Part shown: in pieces, positions 10,206 through 21,217 of the stretch | Layout: every line of letters begins with the position of its first letter | How positions within the stretch are numbered: the first letter of the stretch is position 1 | Assembly (NCBI GenBank): GCA_030141605.1 | Contig: JAQGDQ010001565.1 | Span: forward strand, 12,022 to 34,596 | Length of the DNA: 22,575 bases | Direction: 5' to 3' | DNA from: Tubiluchus corallicola | Lineage: Eukaryota; Animalia; Priapulida | Notes under the pieces: model-generated | The model's database searches: none | What the model was told of the DNA's origin: nothing | The model's input: only the letters and a program-made list of their open reading frames with translations | Translations under genes and position numbers: made by a program

Positions 10206-11058
10206 AAACCAAGTACTAAATTAGTATTATGCAGTGCTGTATATTAATACATAAACATAAAATACATTCTATACATAAAATTTTCTATTTTTTAGAAAAC
10301 GAAAATAAAATTACCAGAAACTAACAAAATTGTTACTATAATATTGACTTAAATATTAATATTTCATTTCAAGTTGAAATAAAAATATGAAAATATAACT
10401 GTTTATGATATCATGCTACAGATCAATGTTAATTAATGAGTCAATGAACTTATGAAAATAATATAACATGCAATTTAATTTCATGCTTAAATGATCGTAA
10501 ACGAAAAGGTCGTGCATAATCAGTATCCCAATCTGTGGATACAGTCAGTAACTAAATATATATATATACATTTCTTTATAAAAACAAAAATATCGAAAAC
10601 ATTCCATCATGCAGTTATAAATTATCAGTTTTCAATAATTATGTAAAAAAATCAAACAACATGCACAATCCTACCAAAAAATTGTAAATACATTAATCAA
10701 CTAAATGCTGTTATTGAAAACCAGCAAAGAAAGATTAGACATCAGAACAAAAACCTCCTGTATAAACTAGAACATTATTAGACTTGTGATTATTTCAAAA
10801 CGTGAGACAAAATGTCATAAAAATATTGTACGTAATGTTCACGGCATAGTTTGCAATAGTATTCATAATGAAGAAAGTTGCGTTTAATCGGGTTAGTTAA
10901 ATGCTTTACATATTTTGTTAATCATCATTTCATATTTTTCATTTTATTTCTTTGTTGCGTAGCTTACTTAGTTATTTCGCTTTCAGGCTTAATGTATCCC
11001 CCCATAAATTCATGTTAACAGCAGCACTACAAATTTTTTACAATTTTCACTAACCTGA

Positions 11059-11258
11059 AAAGGGTAGCCGACTCGATGACCAATTGGTCTTTCGCTGCCC
11101 TTTCTCCTGCACACCCCCTCTAACTCTTTCCTTTATGCTTAATTTATCCTTTTTAATCAATAACTATAAAAATAATAGTATTTAGTAAATTTTGTGAATA
11201 AACAAAAAAAATAAATAAATAAATAATAATAAATAAATAAAATAAAATAAAATAAAAA
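11059..11258 (+). mobile_element. Probable LINE/SINE 3' end: conserved stem-loop, AATAAA and A-rich (AAAT/AAAAT)n tail
   Basis: aaagggtagc-cgactcgatgaccaattggtctttc-gctgcccttt lies at 11059-11103. AATAAA at 11197-11202 is followed by A-rich repeats. Confidence 0.55.
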
Positions 11259-11319
11259 TGTAAATAACTACATTTAGTAAACAATTTGTATACTGGTGTA
11301 AATGAGGAGATAAATAAAA

Positions 11320-11467
11320 ATGTCTATGTCTATGTCTATGTCTATGTCTATGTCTATGTCTATGTCTATGTCTATGTCTATGTCTATGTCTATGTCTATG
11401 TCTATGTCTATGTCTATGTCTATGTCTATGTCTATGTCTATGTCTATGTCTATGTCTATGTCTATGT
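11320..11467. repeat. (ATGTCT)n microsatellite, about 24.7 perfect copies
   Basis: Read directly from the sequence; AATAAA lies immediately upstream at 11313-11318. Confidence 0.97.
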
Positions 11468-11853
11468 ACTTAGTTCACAGTGTCTGTTTCCAACGTGGAA
11501 ATGTAAAGCCGTTAGTAAGTAAGTAGTAAAAATTGTATTTATTGTCGAATCTTGCAAAATAAGCTTTAGCTTATCCCTATTTTCCGACAGTTTAAAAAAA
11601 TGCAACAAAATAAAAAATTCTAACACAATGCACACAATGGCACCCTTCATTCAATACAATCCTACAAGTAAAACTAAAAAAATGCAAGTTTTATTGATAG
11701 TATCAATTTATGTGCAATTTCACTACGATAACAACAACCAGCACCTATATAAGCAAAGACATGGTTTTTATTCAGATTCAAACCAGTTATGGTCAGGCAA
11801 TAATTATACTGCGTTTACTTATACTTGTACACGCAATACTATGTATAATTATT

Positions 11854-11856
11854 TAT

Positions 11857-11895
<39 letters not shown>
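11854..11895. repeat. (TA)n microsatellite
   Basis: Read directly from the sequence, with one interruption. Confidence 0.9.
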
Positions 11896-11898
<3 letters not shown>

Positions 11899-12350
11899 TT
11901 CTTTATTTGTCATTAAAATATTAAAATGGTTCACTCATTATAATAAAATTGAGTAAGCCTCAGCGTAATGTTAAAATAACAACACTGTTCAAGACAAATG
12001 CGTCCAGTGTATGCTAAAAAAACTAAAGTGCAAAAGTAAGGCCTAATTATATATCATAAATGAACATATTTACAAACACCATATTAAAATATTTTTACAA
12101 AACAATATTACAAAAGTACATTAAATTTTACATGACATATTTTACACTATATATACATTTGACATGACACAATTAACAGAAACATGCTTTACATTACATA
12201 AATTTCACTCATTACATTTACATTATTTATACATTCGACATTACAAAACTAACATAACACAACATTACATAATTTTTTAAAAATTTTACATTTTTAATCG
12301 TTATATGGAGTCAGGGGCGGGGGTAGATGAAAGTTGAGTCTGTGTAATTA

Positions 12351-12799
12351 GTATCAGATGCACAATGTGAGTATCAGATGCACAATGTGAGTATCAGATG
12401 CAAAATGGGAGTAATCAGATGCACAATGTGAGTATCAGATGCAAAATGTGAGTAATCAGATGCACAATGTGAGTATCAGATGCAAAATGTGAGTAATCAG
12501 ATGCACAATGTGAGTATCAGATGCAAAATGTGAGTAATCAGATACACAATGTGAGTATCAGATGCAAAATGTGAGTAATCAGATACACAATGTGAGTATC
12601 AGATGCAAAATGTGAGTAATCAGATGCACAATGTGAGTATCAGATGCAAAATGTGAGTAATCAGATGCACAATGTGAGTATCAGATGCAAAATGTGAGTA
12701 ATCAGATACACAATGTGAGTATCAGATGCAAAATGTGAGTAATCAGATACACAATGTGAGTATCAGATGCAAAATGTGAGTAATCAGATGCACAATGTG
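12351..12799. repeat. 20/21-bp minisatellite (22 monomers) organised as 41-bp dimers
   Basis: After two ancestral-type gtatcagatgcacaatgtga units, gtatcagatgcaaaatgtga alternates with gtaatcagatRcacaatgtga. Confidence 0.96.
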
Positions 12800-14361
12800 G
12801 ATTTAGATGGTTTATTGCGTCAACATGACCATAACAGATCGAAACGTTGCAAATGTTTGTGTATTAATAAAAGCTATGTCTTTGTTTAATTAGTACTGGC
12901 TGTTGTTTTTATTTTCAGAATTCGTATGCCCCTCTCACCTGCAGTGATTATTCATATCTCACTTTTACCGAAAAAGCGAAAGCGGAAACATCCATTAGCA
13001 GTATTTTAATAATTAAATTCGTTTTAACACCGAGGACTGTAATGTTATTGTAATCCATTTTATAGCATATAAAGTAGTATTATACATACGTTCACATACA
13101 CTAATACTATATATATACATTCTGCACCGAGCGCACCCTCGTGATGCTTCATTTATTGATGAGGCTAATAAAAATTAAACCTGAATGGAATTTCATCCCT
13201 GGCAAAAAACACACTGAACAACAGCTAATCAAGAAATTGATTTTTCATTTTAGCTGAAAAACTAATGCAATCTCGATGCCCCCCCCCCCCAAACACTAGA
13301 GTTAAGTTTCAATACAACATGGAGATTTCAACTGGCATAATAGGTGAACTTGAACGGAAGTTTACTAATAGTCATAGTAATCAAAGTTTCTCACAGCCAA
13401 AAAGACTTTCTTATGGTGAAACGCAACACGTAAAATAAGGGTGACCAACAATCAAGTCACAGGGAAAAAAAATCACAATTAATTTTCGCTTGAGTTCAGG
13501 TTAGGGTTAAGTTTAACGTTGCTTCCTTTCGCCATGTGTCTTTTTTCTTTGACTTTTTTAGCTTCAACCCATTCTCACAAAACCACACCTGAATTACAGC
13601 TCTAGTATTTTTACCGTGTCCACGGCAAGGATAACAACTACCACAACGCGTGACAGGACTGACTATTTGAGTTCCACTCCTGGAAGAATCGGTCCAATTA
13701 CACACAAACTAAAGCTGCGAAAGCTATAGATGATATCAATTACTAAACACTATGCGTCACTCATCAGAGTAAAATAATAGTATGCTCTACGTAGCTAAGT
13801 TCTCACCTGCCAAACATAGAATTTTACATAACAACCAAAGCATTATTAAAAATCTCATGTAACCTAGAAGCTAAACACTAAAAATATATTCTTTCTTTTA
13901 CATTCACTCACAGTTAAACAATGTTTGGTGGAGCAACGTTGTTAAAACTGAGACACATACATGGGACACTAAAATCAGCTCATAGTACAGCTCACACCTC
14001 GATGAAATTCTACTAAACGCATTAGTAAAACAGATTGCATACATGTATAGGATGGTAACAGTTGGTACGCTGTGTATTACACCTGTCTACAAGTTCATCT
14101 ATCACCACCACCAATGATTTACATTCATTGCATGCGTTACACCTTCCAAATTACCGAGTAACCTATACAAATAATACAGGTAATGCTTGTAATCAGTGGT
14201 ATAATGGCAGGCATGCGTGCAGAAAGAAAATTATACGGGATGTTTAGAATCGAGTGTGTTCATTAGAAATCAATTATTAACGCTATACTGTGCAAGTTCA
14301 ATGTACTAAAGTAAGTGGTACAGTACTTGAATGTGACAGGCTGTAGGTCACGTGTGGGGGA

Positions 14362-14364
<3 letters not shown>

Positions 14365-14416
<52 letters not shown>

Positions 14417-14441
14417 TAGAGAGAGGGGGGCAGAGAGAGAG

Positions 14442-14514
<73 letters not shown>

Positions 14515-14658
14515 GGAGGGAGAGAGAGAGAGAGGGGGGACAGAGAGAGAGAGAGAAAGGGGGGGACAGAGAGAGAGAGAGAGAGAGAGCGTGCGAGAGA
14601 GAGAGAGAGAGAGAGACAGGAGAGAAAGAGAGGGCAGAGAGATGGGACCAAGACAGAG
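14365..14658. repeat. Interrupted (GA)n polypurine microsatellite
   Basis: Read directly from the sequence; it explains the ER- and SL-repeat ORFs. Confidence 0.97.
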
Positions 14659-14871
14659 ATTTTATTTTATTTGTTCATTTAATTTTTTATTTGATTTAAC
14701 TTTTAATTTCAAACCAAATGTTATAGAATAAAACATTTACATATTTACAACAAGAAACAAAAACACACACATATTAACACAATAAATTAATAAACACGGA
14801 TACTTACAACAATTACACAGTTAAGAGGAAATTCCACTAATGGCGTCTCATATGCGACGTAAATTTTGCAT

Positions 14872-15231
14872 CATAACATAACATAACATAGCATAGCATA
14901 GCACAGCACAGCGTAACATAACATAACATAACATAGCATAGCATAACATAGCATAACATAACATAACATAACATAACATAGCATAGCATAGCATAGCACA
15001 GCACAGCACAGCACAGCACAACACAACACAACATAGCATAGCATAGCATAGCATAGCATAGCATAGCATAGCATAGCATAGCATAGCATAACATAACATA
15101 ACATAACATAACATAACATAACATAACATAACATAACATAACATAACATAACATAACATAACATAACATAACATAACATAACATAACATAACATAACATA
15201 ACATAACATAACATAACATAACATAACATAA
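14872..15231. repeat. Compound pentamer microsatellite (CATAA)/(CATAG)/(CACAG)/(CACAA), about 72 units
   Basis: Read directly from the sequence; it explains the MLCYV ORFs. Minus-strand AATAAA at 15240-15235 lies immediately upstream. Confidence 0.97.
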
Positions 15232-16138
15232 TCTTTTATTCCTTATTCTTTTAATCTTTAACAAAATGAGCAATTTTGAGTTTGAGTTTACTGATATCTT
15301 TTCGAAATTTTGAGTGTTTTGATAGCAGAGAAGACAAGTAAACATGGCGTTGCTCACAATGTTTCAAAAATAAAATTTCACAGAAAAAAGTCAAAGGAAT
15401 AAAGGCGAAGGAAATAATGCCATAACCGTAACCGTAGCCAGAATTAATTATAACTTTTTTCCTGTAACTATTTACTTAGGAAAATGATGACTTTTCCACG
15501 TGACTTTCTTACTGCTCATCCAGAAAAATCACACCAGAAAGCAAAGAGAAATCAATTTTAAATAAAGTATGGAAAAAACGTGCTACAGGTAACTTGAAAT
15601 ACATCTTAAACACAATTTTCAGTTCTGAGGCAAACAATTCATCCCGAAAGCCCTACCAAAATTTAATAATCTGTAGATTCAGAAACCATAAACAAGATGT
15701 GAACACAGCAAAACGAGTAATCAACAAAATGACAGTTTAAAGAGTGAAGCAAGATAGGTAAACAAACTCAAACGCTAAGAAAGTGGTAAGAGAACTTTAA
15801 GCCTTTCTAAACAAATGGAAAAAGCGTACGCTTCTTAAAGACATTATCCGTCCTCTTAGATGCATAGCAATATTGATTATTGAAGCCCAGAGCAGTCAAG
15901 TATCTAGTTATTAGAGTACTGAACAAAAGCCATAAGACAATGAATAGATGGTCACCAGGGTTCACTCTGGTCAAATACAATGAGAATAATTGATCCAAGT
16001 GCAAAGTGCAAAAGTGTGTCACGTCAGAAATAAGCAACTTCTCACAATTGTTATACCGACTCAGTGCTCCAGTGTACTGTTAGTTCAGGAATGATTTTCT
16101 ACATGTATGAAATTGTATGGTAATTCGTCTCAGTACCA

Positions 16139-16334
16139 ATGCACATTCAAACTCATCTGCTATCAATCTCTGTGCTTGTGTATTGTTTTGGTGACACTGA
16201 AAGTTTGTGCACATCAACTAAATGTGGTACAAAAAGCGGAGGATGTTGGTGTGATTCAAAATGTTTTAATTTAGGGGATTGTTGCAGCAATGTGTGCGAC
16301 ATTTGCTATGCTCATTTTCCCAGTAATTGTCCTG
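16139..16334 (+). CDS. Exon encoding putative signal peptide and somatomedin-B-like cysteine-rich domain
   Basis: MHIQTHLLSISVLVYCFGDTES is followed by LCTSTKCGTKSGGCWCDSKCFNLGDCCSNVCDICYAHFPSNCP, which fits the SMB pattern CxCDxxCxxxGDCCx6C. An in-frame TAA at 16121 precedes the ATG, and the donor is CCTG|gtatgt (phase 1). Confidence 0.85.
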
Positions 16335-16938
16335 GTATGTACTACATATGTTTGCTTTATCCTGTAAACTAATTGTAACTGTGACCGAAGCCAATTTACT
16401 ATTGATGATCTATGACTTAGTTTTCCGTACATATAGAACTGGGATAGTAATCTGTGAAGTCTTACTGAAGTCTGAAATTTCGTCAAATTTTCGGTTGGTT
16501 AATACTTATCACGCCAGCCACCCACACTTCGCTCAGACGATCAGTGATGAATTCACCATTTTCAGTGTCTTAGAATGGTTTAATGGTTTTGTTGGTGTTT
16601 AACTGTGAGCAGATCTTACAGAAACTTGTGATGCAGACTAATGGTTCCACAATAATAAAACGTTTGTTATACCATTAATAATATTGAAATATTGGCTTTC
16701 ACTCACTGAACGAGTTGCATTTCAACTGGTTTGTATCTCTCAGGTCAACTAAATTTAAGAAAGTCGTTAAAATAGTCCACATGGCCATTCACCACCACTT
16801 AAACTAACAATAATTTCATTACCCGCACTGTACTGTAAATTGCAATAAAATAAAATTAAATATGCACATGCTAGTGAGAGTTCTGATGGTGGTTACTTTT
16901 TTATATATTTACATATTTATATGTATGTATATATGTAA

Positions 16939-16939
<1 letters not shown>

Positions 16940-16974
<35 letters not shown>
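16940..16974. repeat. (GT)n microsatellite, intronic
   Basis: Read directly from the sequence. Confidence 0.92.
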
Positions 16975-16977
<3 letters not shown>

Positions 16978-18126
16978 CTAATTCCTAATTTATAACTATT
17001 CATAAATGGAGTAGTTACGCATGCAAAGATTTTCCAAACATTTAATGCATGATCTCAAGACAGAAATGGTGCCCATTTTACCCTTTTCACGTGCAATATC
17101 ATAAGAATCAGTAAAAGTAAACAACCATTTAATGCAAACTGCAGTTTTAATAATGATGGCGATACTGCCAACAATACAGATGGCTTTTTCATATTGGCGA
17201 GATATGTATAGGAAAGCACTGTAATTGTTTCAAATCCTAAGATACAGAAATCTCAGTGTTTATCTTGAGGAAATCATTAGGCAAACAACAAAAAAATATC
17301 GATAACTGACCTCCTTTCAGGTGAAAGTCTTTCCACTCTCACTCACTTATAGATTTTATAATCAATAATCATGCAGTGAATAACTTTGCAGGAATGGGTT
17401 CCTTAGAACAAAAGTGGTTGTCTTGGCTCATTTTATTGAGTAGATACCATTTGTCCTGAAGACCTTTGACTCAATTGATTAGTAGTTCATGGTCAACTAA
17501 CGACGTGGCATTACGTTATGTTTCACCATACATGTATTTTAAATGTCATAAACAGCATAAATACCCCTTGCATTAACTTATTAACCCATTTCATTGAAAC
17601 TTGACCTTAAAGGAAAGTCACTTAGTATGTTAAGTTTATTTTACAACCTTCACTAAAATTTGGAAAAATATCATCAACAAATTTGCAAAAACCAAAGTTA
17701 ATTTATACTACCACTGCATAGAAATTCTAATAAACTGCACTAGCCGCTGTTCACTTGAAAATTACGATGTAAATAGTTAACTGGAGTTTTCGTAAACACA
17801 TCATGGCTTTCAATAAGCATGCACTGCCTTAAACTTATTCAAATTTCAGCAGCTTGCCCAATTTTAATGCAGAAATATCACAGAATTAATTAGCTATCTA
17901 TTTTTTTGTAAAAAGCTTATTAAACCTTTCACAGAAATTGACAGTGAACTGCTTTTGTTCAGCGACGAATGATGCCATTGTTGGAAGAGTGGGCAAGCAA
18001 AATGGAAACTCCTAAGCGTAAAATGATCACAACATTAAAGTTATTTTACTAATTATATGAGGCATTAAATTACCTCCAGTAATTTACAATGACAAATAAA
18101 TAATAATTATTTCTCTGTTTTGCCAG

Positions 18127-18249
18127 ATATAAATGAGTGTGATACTAACACAGATAGTTGCCACGCAGATGCCACATGTACGAATACAGTAAGCAGCTTT
18201 ACATGTGCATGCAATACTGGATACGAGGGAACTGGTGTAACTTGCACAG
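18127..18249 (+). CDS. Calcium-binding-type EGF exon 1 (123 bp, phase 1/1)
   Basis: Boundaries ttttgccag|AT...ACAG|gtattt; peptide DINECDTNTDSCHADATCTNTVSSFTCACNTGYEGTGVTCT. Confidence 0.9.
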
Positions 18250-18457
18250 GTATTTTAATTGTTTATTTTTACATATCCGTCTGATGTCATTACAAAAACC
18301 ATATAGAAAATATGTATATATCTGAAGGGCAACCAGATGAGCATAATGATGTCGCAGTTTGCTGAGCTTCATGTCTGCAAAGCATGTTGCTGCATTAAAT
18401 TATTTCCAGTAATTTACAATGACAAAAGAAATAATAATTATTTCTCTGTTTTGCCAG

Positions 18458-18580
18458 ATATAAATGAGTGTGATACTAACACAGATAGTTGCCACGCAGA
18501 TGCCACATGTATGAATACAGTAAGCAGCTTTACATGTGCATGCAATACTGGATACGAGGGAACAGGCGTAACTTGCACAG
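18458..18580 (+). CDS. EGF exon 2 (T>M variant)
   Basis: Same splice sites and 6-Cys EGF pattern. Confidence 0.9.
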
Positions 18581-18788
18581 GTATTTTAATTGCTTATTTT
18601 TACATATTCATCTGGTATCCTTTCAAAGATATGATAGAAAATATGTATATATCTGAAGGGCAACCAGCTGAGTATAATGATGTCGCAGTTTGCTGAGCTT
18701 CATGTCTGCAAAGCATGCTGCTGCATTAAATTATTTCCAGTAATTTACAATGACAAAAGAAATAATAATTATTTCTCTGTTTTGCCAG

Positions 18789-18911
18789 ATATAAATGAGT
18801 GTGACACTAACACAGATAGTTGCCACGCAGATGCCACATGTACGAATACAGTAAGCAGCTTTACATGTGCATGCAATACTGGATATGAGGGAACAGGTGT
18901 AACTTGCACAG
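18789..18911 (+). CDS. EGF exon 3
   Basis: Same splice sites and 6-Cys EGF pattern. Confidence 0.9.
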
Positions 18912-19118
18912 GTATTTTAACTGTTTATTTTTACATATCCGTCTGGTGTCCACACAAAAATATGATAGAAAATATGTATATATCTGAAGGGCAACCAGCT
19001 GAGCATAATGATGTCGCAGTTTGCTGAGCTTCATGTCTGCAAAGCATGTTGCTGCATTGAATTCCTTCCAGTAATTTACAATGGCAAATAAATAATAATT
19101 ATTTCTCGGTTTTGCCAG

Positions 19119-19241
19119 ATATAAATGAATGTGATACTAACACAGATAGTTGCCACGCAGATGCCACATGTACGAATACAGTAAGCAGCTTTACATGTGC
19201 ATGCAATACTGGATACGAGGGAACAGGCGTAACTTGCACAG
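19119..19241 (+). CDS. EGF exon 4
   Basis: Same splice sites and 6-Cys EGF pattern. Confidence 0.9.
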
Positions 19242-19448
19242 GTATTTTAATTGCTTATTTTTACATATCCGTTTGGTGTCCTTACAAAAATAATATAGAA
19301 AATATGTATATATCTGAAGGGCGACCAGCTGAGCATAATGATGTCACAGTTTACTGAGCTTCATGTCTGCAAAGCATGTTGCTGCATTGAATTCCTTCCA
19401 GTAATTTACAATGACAAATAAATAATAATTATTTCTCTATTTTGCCAG

Positions 19449-19571
19449 ATATAAATGAGTGTGAAACTAACACAGATAGTTGCCATGCGGATGCCACATG
19501 TACGAATACAGTAAGCAGTTTTACATGTGCATGCAATACTGGATACGAGGGAACAGGTGTAACTTGCACAG
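19449..19571 (+). CDS. EGF exon 5 (D>E variant)
   Basis: Same splice sites and 6-Cys EGF pattern. Confidence 0.9.
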
Positions 19572-19768
19572 GTATTTCAATTATGTCTACTTTTACATAT
19601 TCATCTGGTATCCTTTCAAAAATATGACAGAAAATACGTATATATCTGAAGGGCAACCAGCTGAGCATAATGATGTCACAGTTTGCTGAGCTTCTTGTTT
19701 GCAAAGCACGTTGCAGCATTAAATTTACAATAACAAAATTAATCGTTATTATTTCTTTGTTTTGCCAG

Positions 19769-19891
19769 ATATAAATGAGTGTGATACTAACACAGATAGT
19801 TGCCACGTAGATGCCACATGTACGAATACAGTAAGCAGCTTTACATGTGCATGCAATACTGGATATGAGGGAACAGGTGTAACTTGCACAG
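19769..19891 (+). CDS. EGF exon 6 (A>V variant)
   Basis: Same splice sites and 6-Cys EGF pattern. Confidence 0.9.
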
Positions 19892-20098
19892 GTATTTTAA
19901 CTGTTTATTTTTACATATCCGTCTGGTGTCCATACAAAAATATGATAGAAAATATGTATATATCTGAAGGGCAACCAGCTGAGCATAATGATGTCGCAGT
20001 TTGCTGAGCTTCATGTCTGCAAAGCATGTTGCTGCATTGAATTCCTTCCAGTAATTTACAATGGCAAATAAATAATAATTATTTCTCGGTTTTGCCAG

Positions 20099-20221
20099 AT
20101 ATAAATGAATGTGATACTAACACAGATAGTTGCCACGCAGATGCCACATGTACGAATACAGTAAGCAGCTTTACATGTGCATGCAATACTGGATACGAGG
20201 GAACTGGTGTAACTTGCACAG
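20099..20221 (+). CDS. EGF exon 7
   Basis: Same splice sites and 6-Cys EGF pattern. Confidence 0.9.
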
Positions 20222-20431
20222 GTATTTCAATTATGTTTACTTTTACATATTCATCTGGTATCCTTTCAAAGATATGATAGAAAATATGTATATATCTGAA
20301 GGGCAACCAGCTGAGCATAATGATGTCACAGTTTTCTGAGCTTCATATCTGCAAAGCATGTTGCTGCACTAAATTACTTCTCGTAATTTACAATAACAAA
20401 ATTAATCGTTATTATTTCTTTGTTTTGTCAG

Positions 20432-20554
20432 ATATAAATGAGTGTGATACTAACACAGATAGCTGCCATGCAGATGCCACATGTACGAACACAGTAAGCA
20501 GCTTTACATGTGCATGCAATACTGGATACGAGGGAACAGGTGTAACTTGCACAG
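20432..20554 (+). CDS. EGF exon 8
   Basis: Boundaries ttttgtcag|AT...ACAG|gtattt; 6-Cys EGF pattern. Confidence 0.9.
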
Positions 20555-20763
20555 GTATTTCAATTATGTTTACTTTTACATATTCATCTGGTATTGTTTC
20601 AAAGATATGATAGAAAATATGTATATATCTGAAGGGCAACCAGCTGAGCATAATGATGTCGCAGTTTGCTTTGCTTCATGTCTGCAAAGCATGTTGCTGC
20701 ATTGAATTCCTTCCTGTAATTTACAATGACAAATAAATAATAATTATTTCTCTGTTTTGCCAG

Positions 20764-20886
20764 ATATAAATGAGTGTGATACTAACACAGATAGTTGCCA
20801 CGCAGATGCCACATGTACGAATACAGTAAGCAGCTTTACATGTGCATGCAATACTGGATACGAGGGAACAGGTGTAACTTGCACAG
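20764..20886 (+). CDS. EGF exon 9
   Basis: Same splice sites and 6-Cys EGF pattern. Confidence 0.9.
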
Positions 20887-21094
20887 GTATTTTAATTGTT
20901 TATTTTTACATATCCGTCTGATGTCCTTACAAAAACCGTATAGAAAATATGTATATATCTGAAGGGCAACCAGCTGAGCATAATGATGTCGCAGTTTGCT
21001 GAGCTTCATGTCTGCAAAGCATGTTGCTGCATTAAATTATTTCCAGTAATTTACAATGACAAAAGAAATAATAATTATTTCTCTGTTTTGCCAG

Positions 21095-21217
21095 ATATAA
21101 ATGAGTGTGATACTAACACAGATAGTTGCCACGCAGATGCCACATGTACGAATACAGTAAGCAGCTTTACATGTGCATGCAATACTGGATACGAGGGAAC
21201 AGGCGTAACTTGCACAG
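21095..21217 (+). CDS. EGF exon 10
   Basis: Same splice sites and 6-Cys EGF pattern; the donor is intact, so the gene should continue downstream. Confidence 0.9.

Larger units (their letters stand above)
16139..21217 (+). other. Gene model (3'-incomplete): secreted or cell-surface protein with signal peptide, SMB-like domain and at least 10 calcium-binding-type EGF repeats
   Basis: The phase-1 donor at 16334 joins in frame to the phase-1 EGF exons, and all 11 exons have canonical splice boundaries. No terminal exon was identified in the window. Confidence 0.8.

Noticed and set aside
11059-11103. SECIS element (ATGA within a stem-loop)
   Set aside because: The inner helix is only 4 bp, there is no opposing GA quartet or AAR loop geometry, and ATGA is not conserved in the other copies.
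13496-13512. Interstitial telomeric repeat (cagggttagggttaag)
   Set aside because: It contains only one perfect TTAGGG and is too short to support.
11286-15357. VY/MS, ER/SL and MLCYV repeat ORFs
   Set aside because: They are translations of microsatellites.
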